A DNA stretch of 64,000 nt from positions 164,550,001 through 164,614,000 of the forward strand of contig CM059425.1 in the NCBI GenBank assembly GCA_030390025.1. The letters are read 5' to 3'. The position numbers were made by a program, and so were the translations under genes. This DNA comes from Squalus acanthias. Lineage: Eukaryota. Each line of letters opens with the position of its first letter. The stretch's first letter is position 1. Of the stretch, positions 26,908 through 38,489 are shown piece after piece. A model generated the notes under the pieces. The model was given only the letters and a program-made list of their open reading frames with translations, was not told the origin of the DNA and did no database searches.

Positions 26908-27674
26908 GGGCCAGAAATTCGGTTTTCCGGCTTCCTGCGGGTGCAAGGATCGCGCGCGTACTTACCTACCGCGCCTGCCGTTGTGCTTCGGGCGCGCATG
27001 GACTTCGGCTCCTGGGCCTCCTGCAGCTGCCGGCGCGCAGTGCTTGCGTATCCCAGGGGCGCAGTTAGTTTGAAGCGTCCCCTGGGATCACGTGCGCCAT
27101 GGAGAGCCAATCGGAGCAGGGAATCTCCATTCATTGATTTTGACAGGAAGACCTGTCAAATCTATGAATGGAGATCACCCCCCAAAACCTAACTTAAACT
27201 TCAAATACATTTTTTTTTTAAATCACATTTTTAAAATAACTATAAAGGACATAAATTAACTACTTTAAACAAAAATTTAAATTTTTGAAAAAATTAATTA
27301 CACTTTTTAACGGTGCTAAAAATAAACTTACCTTTCTTTAAAGTATGTAAAAAAGATAAACCTGTTGAAAAAATGTTTAAATTGTATTTAATTCACCACT
27401 TACCTTGTTAAAAGCAGGCCTTGTGCCTCCTTTTTTCCTGCGCAGCTTCTCCGTACTTACCCTCACGGAGAAACCTGAAAAAAAATCGGGAAGTTCGCTG
27501 CATGCGCGCTGCCTCTCCGGCTCACGCGGTTGACCCTCGAACCCCTTCTTTCACGAGACCGAAAGTTCCGGTTTCCCGTGCATGTGCAGTGCATACGCGA
27601 AATCGGCACTTCCGGTGGCCCTACGGGTGAGTACACAGCGCGTACTCACCCGTGGAGACCCGAATTTCTGCCCC
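26908..27674. mobile_element. Harbinger-type MITE, family B (767 bp)
   Basis: TIRs GGGCCAGAAATTCGG / CCGAATTTCTGCCCC; TSD AAT; GC-rich arms and AT-rich core. Confidence 0.85.
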
Positions 27675-27795
27675 AATATCGTGTAGTATTGATTTTGAAT
27701 ATGAAACTTTGAGCTTAAATCTAAATTTCAGCTTTGGTGAGGATATGTGCCACATGGTGTAAGACTGACTCATACAGACAAAGAATAACTTAGGT

Positions 27796-27960
27796 CAGAG
27801 GCCAGTGTCGGGAGCGGAGAGAGCAGCAGCACAGTGAGTAGTTAAACTCACTTTCACGGGCTTTTTTCCCCAGAGGCCAGTGTCGGGAGCGGAGAGAGCA
27901 GCAGCACAGTGAGTAGTTAAACTCACTTTTGCGGGCTTTTTACAGAGGCCAGTGTCGGGA
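27796..27960 (+). repeat. 72-75-bp tandem monomers at the CR1 5' end
   Basis: CAGAGGCCAGTGTCGGGA... starts at 27796, 27871 and 27943. Confidence 0.9.
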
Positions 27961-30900
27961 AAGGGCCCTTGAGTATATCATTTAATTGAAGTGAAATTGG
28001 TGGGATTAATTTAATTTAATTTTCAGGAGAGCTCCGCCCCGTGTTATGCTCCTCCTGCGATATGTTGGAAATCAGGGACGCTTCCTGTGTCCCTGACGAC
28101 CATGTGTGTGGGAAGTGTATCCAGCTGCAGCTACTGATAGACCGCATTGCGGCGCTGGAGCTGCGGATGGATGCATATTGGAGCATTCGCAATGCTGAGA
28201 ACGTCGTGGATAGCACGTTTAGCGAGTTGGTCACACCGCAGGTAAAGGGTGTACAGGCAGGAAGTGAATGGGTGACCACCAGGCAGAGTAAGAGGTGCAG
28301 GCAGGTAGTGCAAGGGTCCCCTGTGGCCATCACCCTCTCAAACAAATATACCACTTTGGATACTGTTGGGGGGGGATGACTTATCAGGGGGAAGGCAGCA
28401 GCAGCCAACTTCCTAGCACCATGGGTGGCTCTGCTGCACAGGCTGGGAGGAAAAAGTGTGGAAGAGCTATAGTGATAGGGGACTCAATTGTAAGGGGAAT
28501 AGATAGGCGTTTCTGCGGCCGCAAACGAGACTCCAGGATGGAGTGTTGCCGCCCTGGTGCCAAGGTCAAGGACGTCTCGGAGCGGCTACAGAACTTTTTG
28601 GAGGGGGAGGGCGAACAGCCAGTTGTCGTGGTGCACATAGGCATCAACAATATAGGTAAAAAACGGGATGAGGTCCTAAAAGCAGAATATAGGGAGTTAG
28701 GAGGTAATTAAAAAATAGGACCTCAAAAAGGTAGTAATCTCAGGATTGCTACCAGTGCCACGTGCTAGTCAGAGTAGAAATAGGAGGATATTTCAAATGA
28801 ATACGTGGCTAGAGGAATGGTGCAAGGGGGAGGGATTCAAATTCCTTGGACATTGGAACCGGTTCTGGGGGAGGTGGGACCAGTACAAACGGGACGGTTT
28901 GCACCTGGGCAGGGCCGGGCCGATGTCCTAGGGGGAGTGTTTGCTAGTGCTGTTGGGGAGGGCTTAAACTAAAGTGGCAGGGGGTTGGGAACCTGAGCAG
29001 GGAGACAGAGGAAAGGGAAACAAGGATAAAAGCAAAAGACAGGAAGGAGAAAAACAAAAGTAGAAGGCAAAGAACTCAATGGTTTAAATCAAACATGGTC
29101 ACAGTAAATAATAATTCATATAGGTCTGAGAGCGTTAAAAAAACAAGCCTGAAGGCTTTGTGTCTTAATGCAAGGAGCATTCGGAACAAGGTGGATGAAT
29201 TAGCTGCGCAAATAGAGGTAAATGAATACGATTTGATTGGGATTACAGAAACATGGCTCCAGGGTGGCCAAGGCTGGGAACTCAACATCCAGGGGTATTC
29301 AATATTTAGAAAAAGATAGGCAAAAAAGAAAGGGAGATGGGGTAGCATTGCTGGTTAAAGAGGGGATTAACACAACTGAAAGGAAGGATATTAGCTCTGA
29401 TGATGCGGAATCTGTATGGGTAGAACTGAGAAATAACAAGGGGCGGAAAACGTTAGTGGGAGTGGTATATAGACCTCCAAACAGTAATACGGAGGTTGGA
29501 GACAGCATTAAAAGGGAAATTAGAGAAGCATGCAGTAAGGGCACAGCAGTCATCATGGGTGACTTTAATTTACATATAGATTGGGCTAACCAAATTAGTA
29601 AAAATACTGTGGAGGAGGAATTCCTAGAATGTTTACGGGATGGTTTTCTGGAACAATATGTCGAGGAACCAACCAGAGATCAGGCCATCTTAGACTGGGC
29701 ATTATGTAACGAGAAAGGATTAATTAGCAATCTTGTTGTACGAGGCCCCTTGGGTCAGAGTGATCATAATATGATAGAATTCTTCATTAGGATGGAGAGT
29801 GAAGTAGTTGAATCAGAGACTAGGGTCCTGAATTTAAATAAAGGAAACTACGATGGTATGAGGCGTGAATTGGGTAGGATTGATTGGGGAATGTCACTCA
29901 AGGGGTCGACGGTGGATAGGCAATGGCAAACATTCAAAGACTGCATGGATGAACTACAGAATTTGTTCATCCCAGTGTGGCATAAGAATAAAACAAAAAG
30001 GGTGACTCAACCGTGGCTAACAAGGGAAATTAGGGATAGCATAAGATCCAAGGAGAGGGCATATAAATTGGCCAGAAAAAGCGGTAACCCTGAGGATTTG
30101 GAGCAGTTTAGGATTCAACAAAGGAGGACAAAGGGATTAATTAAGAAGGGGAAATAGAATATGAAAGTAAGCTTGCAGGGAACATAAAAACTGACTGTAA
30201 GAGCTTTTATAGATATGTGAAGAGAAAAAGATTAGTGAAATCAAGTGTAGGTCCCTTGCAGTCAGAAGCGGGGCAAGTTATAATGGGGAACAAAGAAATG
30301 GCAGACCAATTAAATGCATATTTTGGTTCTGTCTTCACAAAGGAGGACACAAATAACCTCCCAGAGATGTTGGAGAACATAGGGGCTGATGAAAGGGAGG
30401 AACTGAAAGAAATCAGTATTTGCAGGGAAATGGTGTTAGGGAAATTGACGGGATTGAAGGCCGATAAATCCCCAGGGCCTGATAATCTACATCCTAGGGT
30501 ACTTAAGGAAGTGGCCCTAGAAATAGTAGATGCATTGCTGATCATCTTCCAACATTCGATGGAATCTGGAACTGTACCCATGGATTGGAGGGTAGCTAAT
30601 GTTACCCCACTATTCAAAAAGGGTGGTAGAGAGAAAGCGGGGAATTACATCGATAGTGGGGAAAATGCTAGAGTCCATTATAAAGGATGTAATAGCTGAG
30701 CACTTGAAAAACAGTGACAGGATCGGACAAAGTCAACATGGATTTACAAAAGGTAAATCGTGCTTGACTAATCTACTGGAATTTTTTGAGGATGTAACTG
30801 GGAAAATAGATAAGGGAGAACCAGTAGATGTGGTGTATTTGGACTTTCAAAAGGCTTTCGATAAGGTCCCGCATAAGAGATTAGCGTGTAAAGTTAAGGC

Positions 30901-32032
30901 ACATGGGATTGGGGGCAAGGTATTGACTTGGATAGAGAACTGGTTGGCGGACAGAAAGCAGAGAGTAGGAATTAATGGGTCTTTTTCCGAGTGGCAGGCA
31001 GTGACTAGTGGGGTACCGCAGGGATCGGTCCTTGGACCCCAGCTATTCACAATATACATTAATGATCTAGATAAGGGAACTAAATGTAATATCTCCAAGT
31101 TTGCAGACGACACAAAGCTGGGTGGGCGTGTGTGCTGCGAGGAGGATACCGAGAAACTCCAGGATGATTTGGACAGGTTGGGTGAGTGGGCAGAAGTGTG
31201 GCAGATGCAATATAACGTGGATAAATGTGAGGTTATCCACTTTGGTGTCAAAAACAGAAAGGCAGACTATTATCTGAATGGCAATAGATTGGGAGACGGG
31301 GAAGTGCAACGAGATCTGGGTGTCCTTGTGCACCAGTCGCTGAAGGTAAGCATGCAGGTGCAGCAGGCGGTGAAGGCGGCAAATGGTATGTTGGCCTTCA
31401 TAGCGAAAGGGTTTGAGTATAGGAACAGGGATGTCCTGCTGCAGTTGTACAGGGCCTTGGTGAGACCACACCTTGAGTACTGTGTGCAGTTTTGGTCGCC
31501 TTATCTGAGGAAGGATGTTCTTGCCATGGAAGGAGTTCAGCGAAGATTCACAAGGCTGATACCTGGGATGGCAGGAATGACATATGAGGAGAGATTGGGT
31601 CGATTGGGCTTATATTCGCTGGAGTATAGAAGAATGAGAGGGGATCTCATCGAAACATATAAAATTCTGACTGGTCTGGACAAACTAGATGCAGGAAGAA
31701 TGTTCCCGATGGTCGGAGAGTCAAGAACCAGGGGTCATAATCTAAGGATAAGGGGTAAGCCATTTAGGACAGAAAGGAGGAAGAATTTCTTCACCCAGAG
31801 AGTGGTGAACCTGTGGAATTCTCTACCACAGAAGTTAGTTGAGGCCAAGTCATTAAATATATTCAAGAATGAGTTAGATATATTTCATAAAGCTAACGGT
31901 ATCAAGGGATATGGGGAGAAGGCAGGTACAGGGTACTGAGTTTGGATGATCAGCCATGATCTCATCGAATGGCGGAGCAGGCTCGAGGGGCCGAATGGCC
32001 TACTCCTGCTCTATCTTCTATGTTTCTATGTT
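27796..32032 (+). mobile_element. Near full-length CR1: 5' tandem repeats, ORF1 (zinc finger and SGNH esterase), ORF2 (APE-RT, frameshifted)
   Basis: CSSC...[66 protein letters not shown] tail. Confidence 0.96.
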
Positions 32033-32738
32033 TTAATCCTTATCTTATGTCGAGTTAACTGATCTCAGCCAGGATAGCAGTGGAGGCACTATGACTGACT
32101 TCAGCATCCCCTAGTTCAGGAGAGAAAAGAAACTTGGCCAAACTTCCCACTCCTGATCACCAACCCCCAATGAAAGTGCATATGTATGGACATCAGATGA
32201 GCAAAGTCAAGCTCAATTGGTCAGGCTACCATTCCAAAGCATCCCACTAACAATCATGATGCAGGATCATATTTTAAGAATGGCCACTTGAGGCAAGTTA
32301 TCACTCGCATCCATGGAAATACAACCCCTCATAAGTAACCACATGAGAAAAATGATAATAGAAGAAGATTGAAGGGAAGGAAAAAGTTATTTACAAAATA
32401 AGCTCCAAATTGCAAACATTTCAGTGTGGTACTCCTGTCATGGTTTCCACTGCAAAATTCACAACTAATGCTTCAGTTATTTGAGTTATACTGAACAAAA
32501 TGAAAAGGAACAGAGATTCACCAGAAGAAGAGAGAAGTAATGAGGCCAGTCCTAATGTGAAAGATGACATACTTTGAATTTATTAATTGGAAGTCAGAAG
32601 GAAAGTTGTACGTGTACAACGGCGTCTGGAAAAGTTGACAGTGACATATTAAAAGAAAGGTGAAGAATAGTATGGCTAGATGATATGATGGAATGGGCAG
32701 GTGTAACTTTAGAGACTGATGCAATCTATCCGTGGAGA

Positions 32739-32823
32739 TGACGAAGGGGCAGCAGCTCCGAAAGCTTGTGATTTCAAATAAAACTGTTGGACTATAACCT
32801 GGTGTTGTGCGACTTCTCACTTT
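32739..32823 (+). mobile_element. 85-bp Penelope pLTR/hammerhead remnant
   Basis: 12-bp TSD TATCCGTGGAGA at 32727-32738 and 32824-32835; similar to 14159-14245. Confidence 0.85.
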
Positions 32824-33719
32824 TATCCGTGGAGAGACCAGGAAGGTGAAAGAATGTGGAGGAGAGGGGGAGAGAGGATAGCTAAACATTATGATAAATG
32901 AAGAATTTTATTTTGTATGTATTCGGTCTCCACCCTTTTACTAGCCATTATAGGAAAATCCCTGGTTAAATTAATGCAGGCTAGCTGCTATGTTCTCCCC
33001 AGCTTACAATGACTACCTCAGCTCTGGTATACCAATTATAATTTGTTCTACCAATATCCTGAAATTTGGCATTGCTGGTGAGCGTGGCATTACAATTCGA
33101 CGAACAATCTGGTAAATAAAAGTACACATTTTTTTAAAGTAATAAAATTTAAATCAGAATGGCAATGGCAGAGTACTATCTGCCAGGACCACCATTTTAG
33201 ATTCAGCCAGGTTGAATAAACTGCAGGTCGACTGAATGTCACACATATGCCTGACCTTGTTTCCCATGCATCAAATTTGCATTTACAGAACACCTTATTA
33301 TGTCACTCAGAAACTTCTCAGTGTTTCACATACAATTAATTACTTTGTAGGCAAATGTATTTAACACTTTACTCTAAAAGTAGAAACAGCTCTCCAATAA
33401 CAATCTAGCACTCCTTCAGTATTACATTGGAGTGGCAGCCTAGATTACACATGGGGGACCTGAAGGGCAGTGTGAAACCATACCTTTCTGATTCAGAGCC
33501 ACCAACTGAATAAAGCTAACATGCACATCTTTTACAAAAAATAACAATGAGACAGCACAGTTTCATGCGCCAAGAACACATCAGGAATTTAGGCGCATTC
33601 ACGACTTACGGCTCAGGCAGAAAATCATGGGCCCACAAGTAAGATGGCACCCAAACTCCGCATATGCCCAATGCATGAAAATATGTTCAGGAAGCAGTAA
33701 AGATGAAAATTTACCTCAA

Positions 33720-34185
33720 CAGCAGCAGCAACTACTTGCATATATATTGTGCCTTTAATGCTATAAAACGTCCCAAGGTGCTTCACAGGAGTGTAATCAG
33801 ACAAAAATTGGCACCTAGACAAAGGAGACGACATTAGGGCAGGTGGTCAAAGAGGTGGGTTTTAAGGAGTACCTTAAAGGAGGAGAGAGAGGTAGGGAGG
33901 CGGAGAGATTAGGGAGGGAATTCCAGAGCTCGAGACCCGGACAGTTAAAGGCACGGCCGCCAATGGTGAGGTGAAGGCAGTTGCAGATGCACAAGAGGTC
34001 AGAATTGGAGGAATGCAGAGTTCTGGGAGGCTGCAGTATTGGAGGAGGTTTGAGATAGGGAGGGACGAGACCGTGGAGCGACAAGGGTGAGAAACTTAAA
34101 TTCAAGGCGTTGGTGGACTCGGAATCAACATAGGTCAGCGAGCACAGGGGTGATGGGTGAGCGGAACTTGGTGCGAGTTAGGATA
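33720..34185 (-). mobile_element. L2-type LINE 3' fragment
   Basis: Similar to 43940-44390 and 55945-56430; GGRAF...LWNSLP. Confidence 0.8.
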
Positions 34186-34333
34186 CCCATTGTTTTTAAA
34201 ACAACAGTAAAGCACCCTCATAACAGAACTCTAATACGATAGCAAAATACTGCGGATGCTAGAAATCCGAAACAACAACAGAAAACGCTGAAAAACTCAG
34301 CAGGCCAGGCAGCATCCGTGGAGAAAGAAACAG

Positions 34334-34370
34334 AGTTAACGTTTCTGGTCGAAGACCTTTCGTCAGAACT
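34334..34370 (-). ncRNA. Minimal type I hammerhead ribozyme (ACGU helix-III family)
   Basis: AGTT-CTGACGA-AA-GGTC-TTC-GACC-A-GAAA-CGTT-AACT. Confidence 0.75.
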
Positions 34371-36211
34371 GGAAAAAAGCAGGAAATGAAATAGATTTTA
34401 AAGCAAGTTTAGGGCTGGGAAAAGGGGGAGGGGATGAAAGAACAAAAGGGAAGGTCAGTGGTGGGATAGAAAGCAGGAGAGATTAAGAGACATTAAGAGA
34501 TATTCAAGGCAAGGAGGTGGAAATGGGACAGGTTGAGGAACAAAGGATGGCTCTAGATGAAGTGTGAATTGCGCTGGCAGAATGAAGGACAGCTGTCGGC
34601 TTCTGGGAGGGAAGAAAAAGGCCAAACAAAAGTGTGGATAAAAAAATAAAATAAAAAAATATATATATGTGATGGGGGCCGGGGTTATGATCTGAAATTG
34701 GTGAACTCTATGTTGAGTCCAGAGGGCTGTAGAGTGCCTAATCGAAAGATGAGGTGCTGTTCCTCGGGAAGTTGCCGGGCGAAGAGATGCTGGGGGTGAT
34801 AGAGGAGTGGACTAGGGTACCCATAGCAACACCGCATGGGTCCTAGCTATGCCTGCCTTTTCGTGGGATATGTGGAACACTCTTTGTTCCAGTCCTACTC
34901 GGGTCCCCTCCCTCACCTCTTTTTCTGGTACATTGATGACTGTATCGGTGCCGTCTCCTGCTCTCACCCTGAACTAGAAAATTTCATTCACTATGCTTCC
35001 AATTTCCACCCTTCCCTCACCTTCACATGGTCCATCTCTGACTCTTCCCTTCCCTTCCCTTCCTCGACTTCTCCGTCTCCATCTCTGGGGATAGGTTATT
35101 GACTAACATTCACTACAAGCCCACTGACTCCCACAGCTACCTGGACTACACTTCCTCCCACCCCGCCTCCTGTAAGGACTCTATTCCATTCTCCCAGTTT
35201 CTCCGTCTCCGCTGCATCTGCTCTGACGATGCCACCTTCCATACCAGTGCTTCTGACATGTCTTCCTTTTTCCTCAACCGAGGATTCCCCTCTACCATGG
35301 TCGACACGGCCCTCGACCGTGTCCGTTCTATCTCCCGCACTTCCGCCCTCACCCCTGCCCCTCCCTCCCGGAACCACGATAGAGTTCCCCTTGTCCTCAC
35401 CTTTCACCCCACCAGCCTCCACATTCAACAGATCATCCTCCGCCATTTCCAGCGTGATCCCACCACCAAACGCATCTTCCCCTCACCTCCCCTTTCAGCA
35501 TTCCGCAGGGACCGCTCCCTCCGCGACACCCTAGTCCACTCCTCTATCACTCCCAGCACCCCTTCGCCCGGCACCTTCCCGTGCAAGCGCAGGAGATGCA
35601 ACAGATGCCCTTATACCTCCCCCCTTCCCACTGTCCAGGGCCCCAAACACCACTTCCAGGTGAAACAGCGATTTACTTGTCCTTCCTCCAATCTAGTATA
35701 CTGTATTCGCTGCTCACGATGTGGTCTCCTCTACATCAGGGAGACCAAACGCAGATTGGGTGACCGCTTTGCGGAACACCTCCGTTCAGTCCGTAAGGGT
35801 GACCCCGAGCTCCCGGTGGCCTGTCACTTTAATTCACTGCTCCATTCCCACTCAGACCTCACCGTCCTCGGCCTCTTGCATTGTTCCACGGAAGCTCAGC
35901 GTAAGCTCGAGGAACAGCACCTCATCTTTTGATTAGGCACCCTACAGCCCTCTGGACTCTTTTGTTTGGCCTTTTTCTTCCCTCCTAGAAGCTGGCAGCT
36001 GTCCTTCATTCTGCCAGCGCAATTCACACTTCATCTAGAGCCATCCTTTGTTGCTCAACCTGTCCCATTTCCACCTCCTCTTACCTTGAATGTCTCTTAA
36101 TCTCTCCTGCTTTCTATCCTATCAGTGACCTTCCCTTTTGTTCTTTCATCCCCTCCCCCTTGCCCCAGCCCTAAACTTGCTTTAAATCTATTTCATTTCC
36201 TGCTTTTTTCC

Positions 36212-36248
36212 AGTTCTGACGAAAGGTCTTCGACCCGAAACGTTAACT
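36212..36248 (+). ncRNA. Minimal type I hammerhead ribozyme (ACGU family)
   Basis: AGTT-CTGACGA-AA-GGTC-TTC-GACC-C-GAAA-CGTT-AACT. Confidence 0.75.
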
Positions 36249-36675
36249 CTGTTTCTTTCTCCAAGGATGCTGCCTGGCTTGCTGAGTTTTTCCAGCGTTT
36301 TCTGTTGTTGTCTCAAAACAGAACTGTCGTTTTTTTTAAAACATAGTTTCTTAAAGTATACATCCTCACTTGTTCACATTGATTATTAAACGACAAATCT
36401 GAGTAGTTTTAATCTGTGCAATTTGGCCAAGTGAAACTGACAAACTGCTCCGCGTCCAACGGGAGTGGAGAAGCAACCATGTTTCGCAGTACAGTACTTC
36501 CGGATTTTATCTCAAATTATCCAGCGAGGGGACAGTGTTGGGAGTGGCGCGGACTGCTGCAACCCTATTTGAGGATGTGAGCCAGTCTTTAACCAACCAC
36601 ACAAAGTGAAAAATCGGTCACATTGCCGGATAAACCGTGAGAAATTGACCGGCTCCCGGAGAGTTGCCTTGTCAC

Positions 36676-36810
36676 CGGAGGGAGGCTGGTGTCGGAGGTG
36701 CTGCAAGCGCGAGTTCAGCATCATCTCCGGCTCCCGGGAATCTGCAGCAAAGACCAAGGCTGCGGCCCACACCGCCAACAGCGAGACACTGCCCCGCCCC
36801 GCCCCAGCCC
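36676..36810 (-). promoter_or_regulatory. ERAP1: Probable ERAP1 non-coding first exon and core promoter (CpG-rich, tandem GC boxes)
   Basis: Non-repeat CpG-rich patch at about 36450-36860, GCCCCGCCCCGCCCC at 36791-36805, candidate donor CCG|GTGACA at 36675. TSS not determinable. Confidence 0.55.
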
Positions 36811-36981
36811 GTGTACGTCTGTCCAGAGAGCGAAAATAGCTTCTCTTTGAACGCGCTGCCCTCCTTGCAAATGTTTATTTTTAAACTTTACCTTTATAAA
36901 CAAGACAGCATTTTCTGGCGGATGAAAGACATCGGAATTGTAAAACTGAACTGTGTCCTGTTGATTCAGGGCACCCAGCAG

Positions 36982-36995
36982 AAGTGAAAGTGAAA
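36982..36995. promoter_or_regulatory. ISRE / IRF element
   Basis: AAGTGAAAGTGAAA, a tandem GAAA IRF consensus about 180 bp upstream of the GC boxes. Confidence 0.65.
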
Positions 36996-37528
36996 TTGGA
37001 ATAATCACAAACAGCCCGTTAGATTGCGCGATAACTGCACCATTGGACCTTACTGTACAGCACCCTGTGATTTATATAAACATATTTTAAATCAGGATGA
37101 GCAAACGATATAAAACATTTTGAAATCAGGCTGTCCCCAGTGCAGTAACAATGTTGGATTTGCCCGTCAGTGCAAAGGTCACCACCCCAGGATTCAGGAA
37201 AGTTAAATCATCGGGGCCTGAAATTTCCTCCAAGGGCACAACACAGGTTTGACCCGAAAATGCGTCCAATGTACCCTCATTTTGCCAATGTAAAGTTACA
37301 GCCAAATATCCTCCCAATCTCATTAGAATAAACCCGAATTTAAAACGGGTGTGAAAGGGCATAAATGAGCATAAATAATCGGGAGCCAAGGAAACAGCAA
37401 ACCCCCATCAGTATATTTCTTCTTTGAGTCTTAAAGTTAAAGTGTCAACTCATGTATCAATCATTTCATGCACATCGAGCACAGCATGTTTAAGAACCTG
37501 CAATCGGGGAAGCTTTTCAATTTTTGAT

Positions 37529-38266
37529 GGCCCGGAATTTGCGGTCCCGATGAAGGCGAGCGCTCAGCGTACGCCATCGTAAGCCTTCTGAAAGGCCCCG
37601 CAAGTTCCAGGTTTCCACATGCGCGAAAACCCGGAACTTGCGATTGTCAAGGTACGCCTTGTCGGATCTACCGAACTGACTGAGAAATCACTTTCACTGC
37701 CGCACAACTACTGCCCACGAAACTCTTACGCCTGGTAAAAGCAGGCATAGGGCCGGCTTTCACCAGCGTAAGGGTTAATATAAATCTTAAATTAGAAATT
37801 TGAAAATAAAAAATGATGCACAAACACTTTAAATTAGTTCATGCAAATTTTGGCCTGGATTAAAATGTTTAAAATTATTTTTCAAAAAATTACATTTTTA
37901 TCGTATTTGCTGTATTGAAGGGACTTTTAATTAAATTTGAAAATGAGAACTTTTTTTTATTACAGTTGTCTAAATTGTTTCATTATTTCGGGATTAAGTT
38001 AGAATTTATGGGGATTCCGTTCATAAATGGAATCCTCCTTTCTCATTGGAGGACCTGGCCCACGTGATTCCCTGGGACGCTCCGAACTGCCTGCGTCCCT
38101 GGGATCTGTGGGCCTTTACGCAGGCGTACATATGCCTGGAGACCCAGGACCCAAACTCTCCGTAGCTATGGAGCCAGGAGGTAAGCTCGGAAATATTTTG
38201 CAGGTCGTAGGCATGTAGTGGAGTGTATAATGAAAACATTCACGTGATTTTCCATCATTTCTACCC
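37529..38266. mobile_element. Harbinger-type MITE, family B relative
   Basis: Left end GGCCCGGAATTTGCGG; inverted homology to 40578-41499; right end decayed. Confidence 0.7.
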
Positions 38267-38489
38267 ATTTGACCCTGTTTCCTTTATCTTTTCATATAAA
38301 CTGGCTGTTCAGTGTTGCTAGGCACTGAACACCATACAGAGATCAGTTTAAAGAGACCAATAGTGAGATTGTTATATTGTCAAGCCATTAATGAAAGTTT
38401 TTTTTTTGCACATTGCCACAAAGAGGTTTGAAGAGCCTTTGTGGCTGTTTCTGTGGTACTGCATTTAAAAAAAAACTCCTGCTGCTACA

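Larger units (their letters stand above)
34231..36311 (+). mobile_element. Penelope element with inverted 5' pLTR
   Basis: RT C-terminus (MGPSYACLFVG, YIDD, HYKPTDSHSYL) and GIY-YIG (NLVYCIRC..LYIRET); 34270-34630 is an inverted copy of 35960-36311; TSD CTCAWAACAGAACT at 34217-34230 and 36312-36325. Confidence 0.92.

Noticed and set aside
21165..27960. CRISPR-like arrays from short spaced repeats
   Set aside because: Vertebrate DNA; the repeats are LTR and LINE tandem units without unique spacers or cas genes.
38045..38066. ER-stress element near an ER-resident enzyme gene
   Set aside because: ATTGG-N10-CCACG fits neither ERSE (CCAAT-N9-CCACG) nor ERSE-II (ATTGG-N1-CCACG), and it is part of a MITE.
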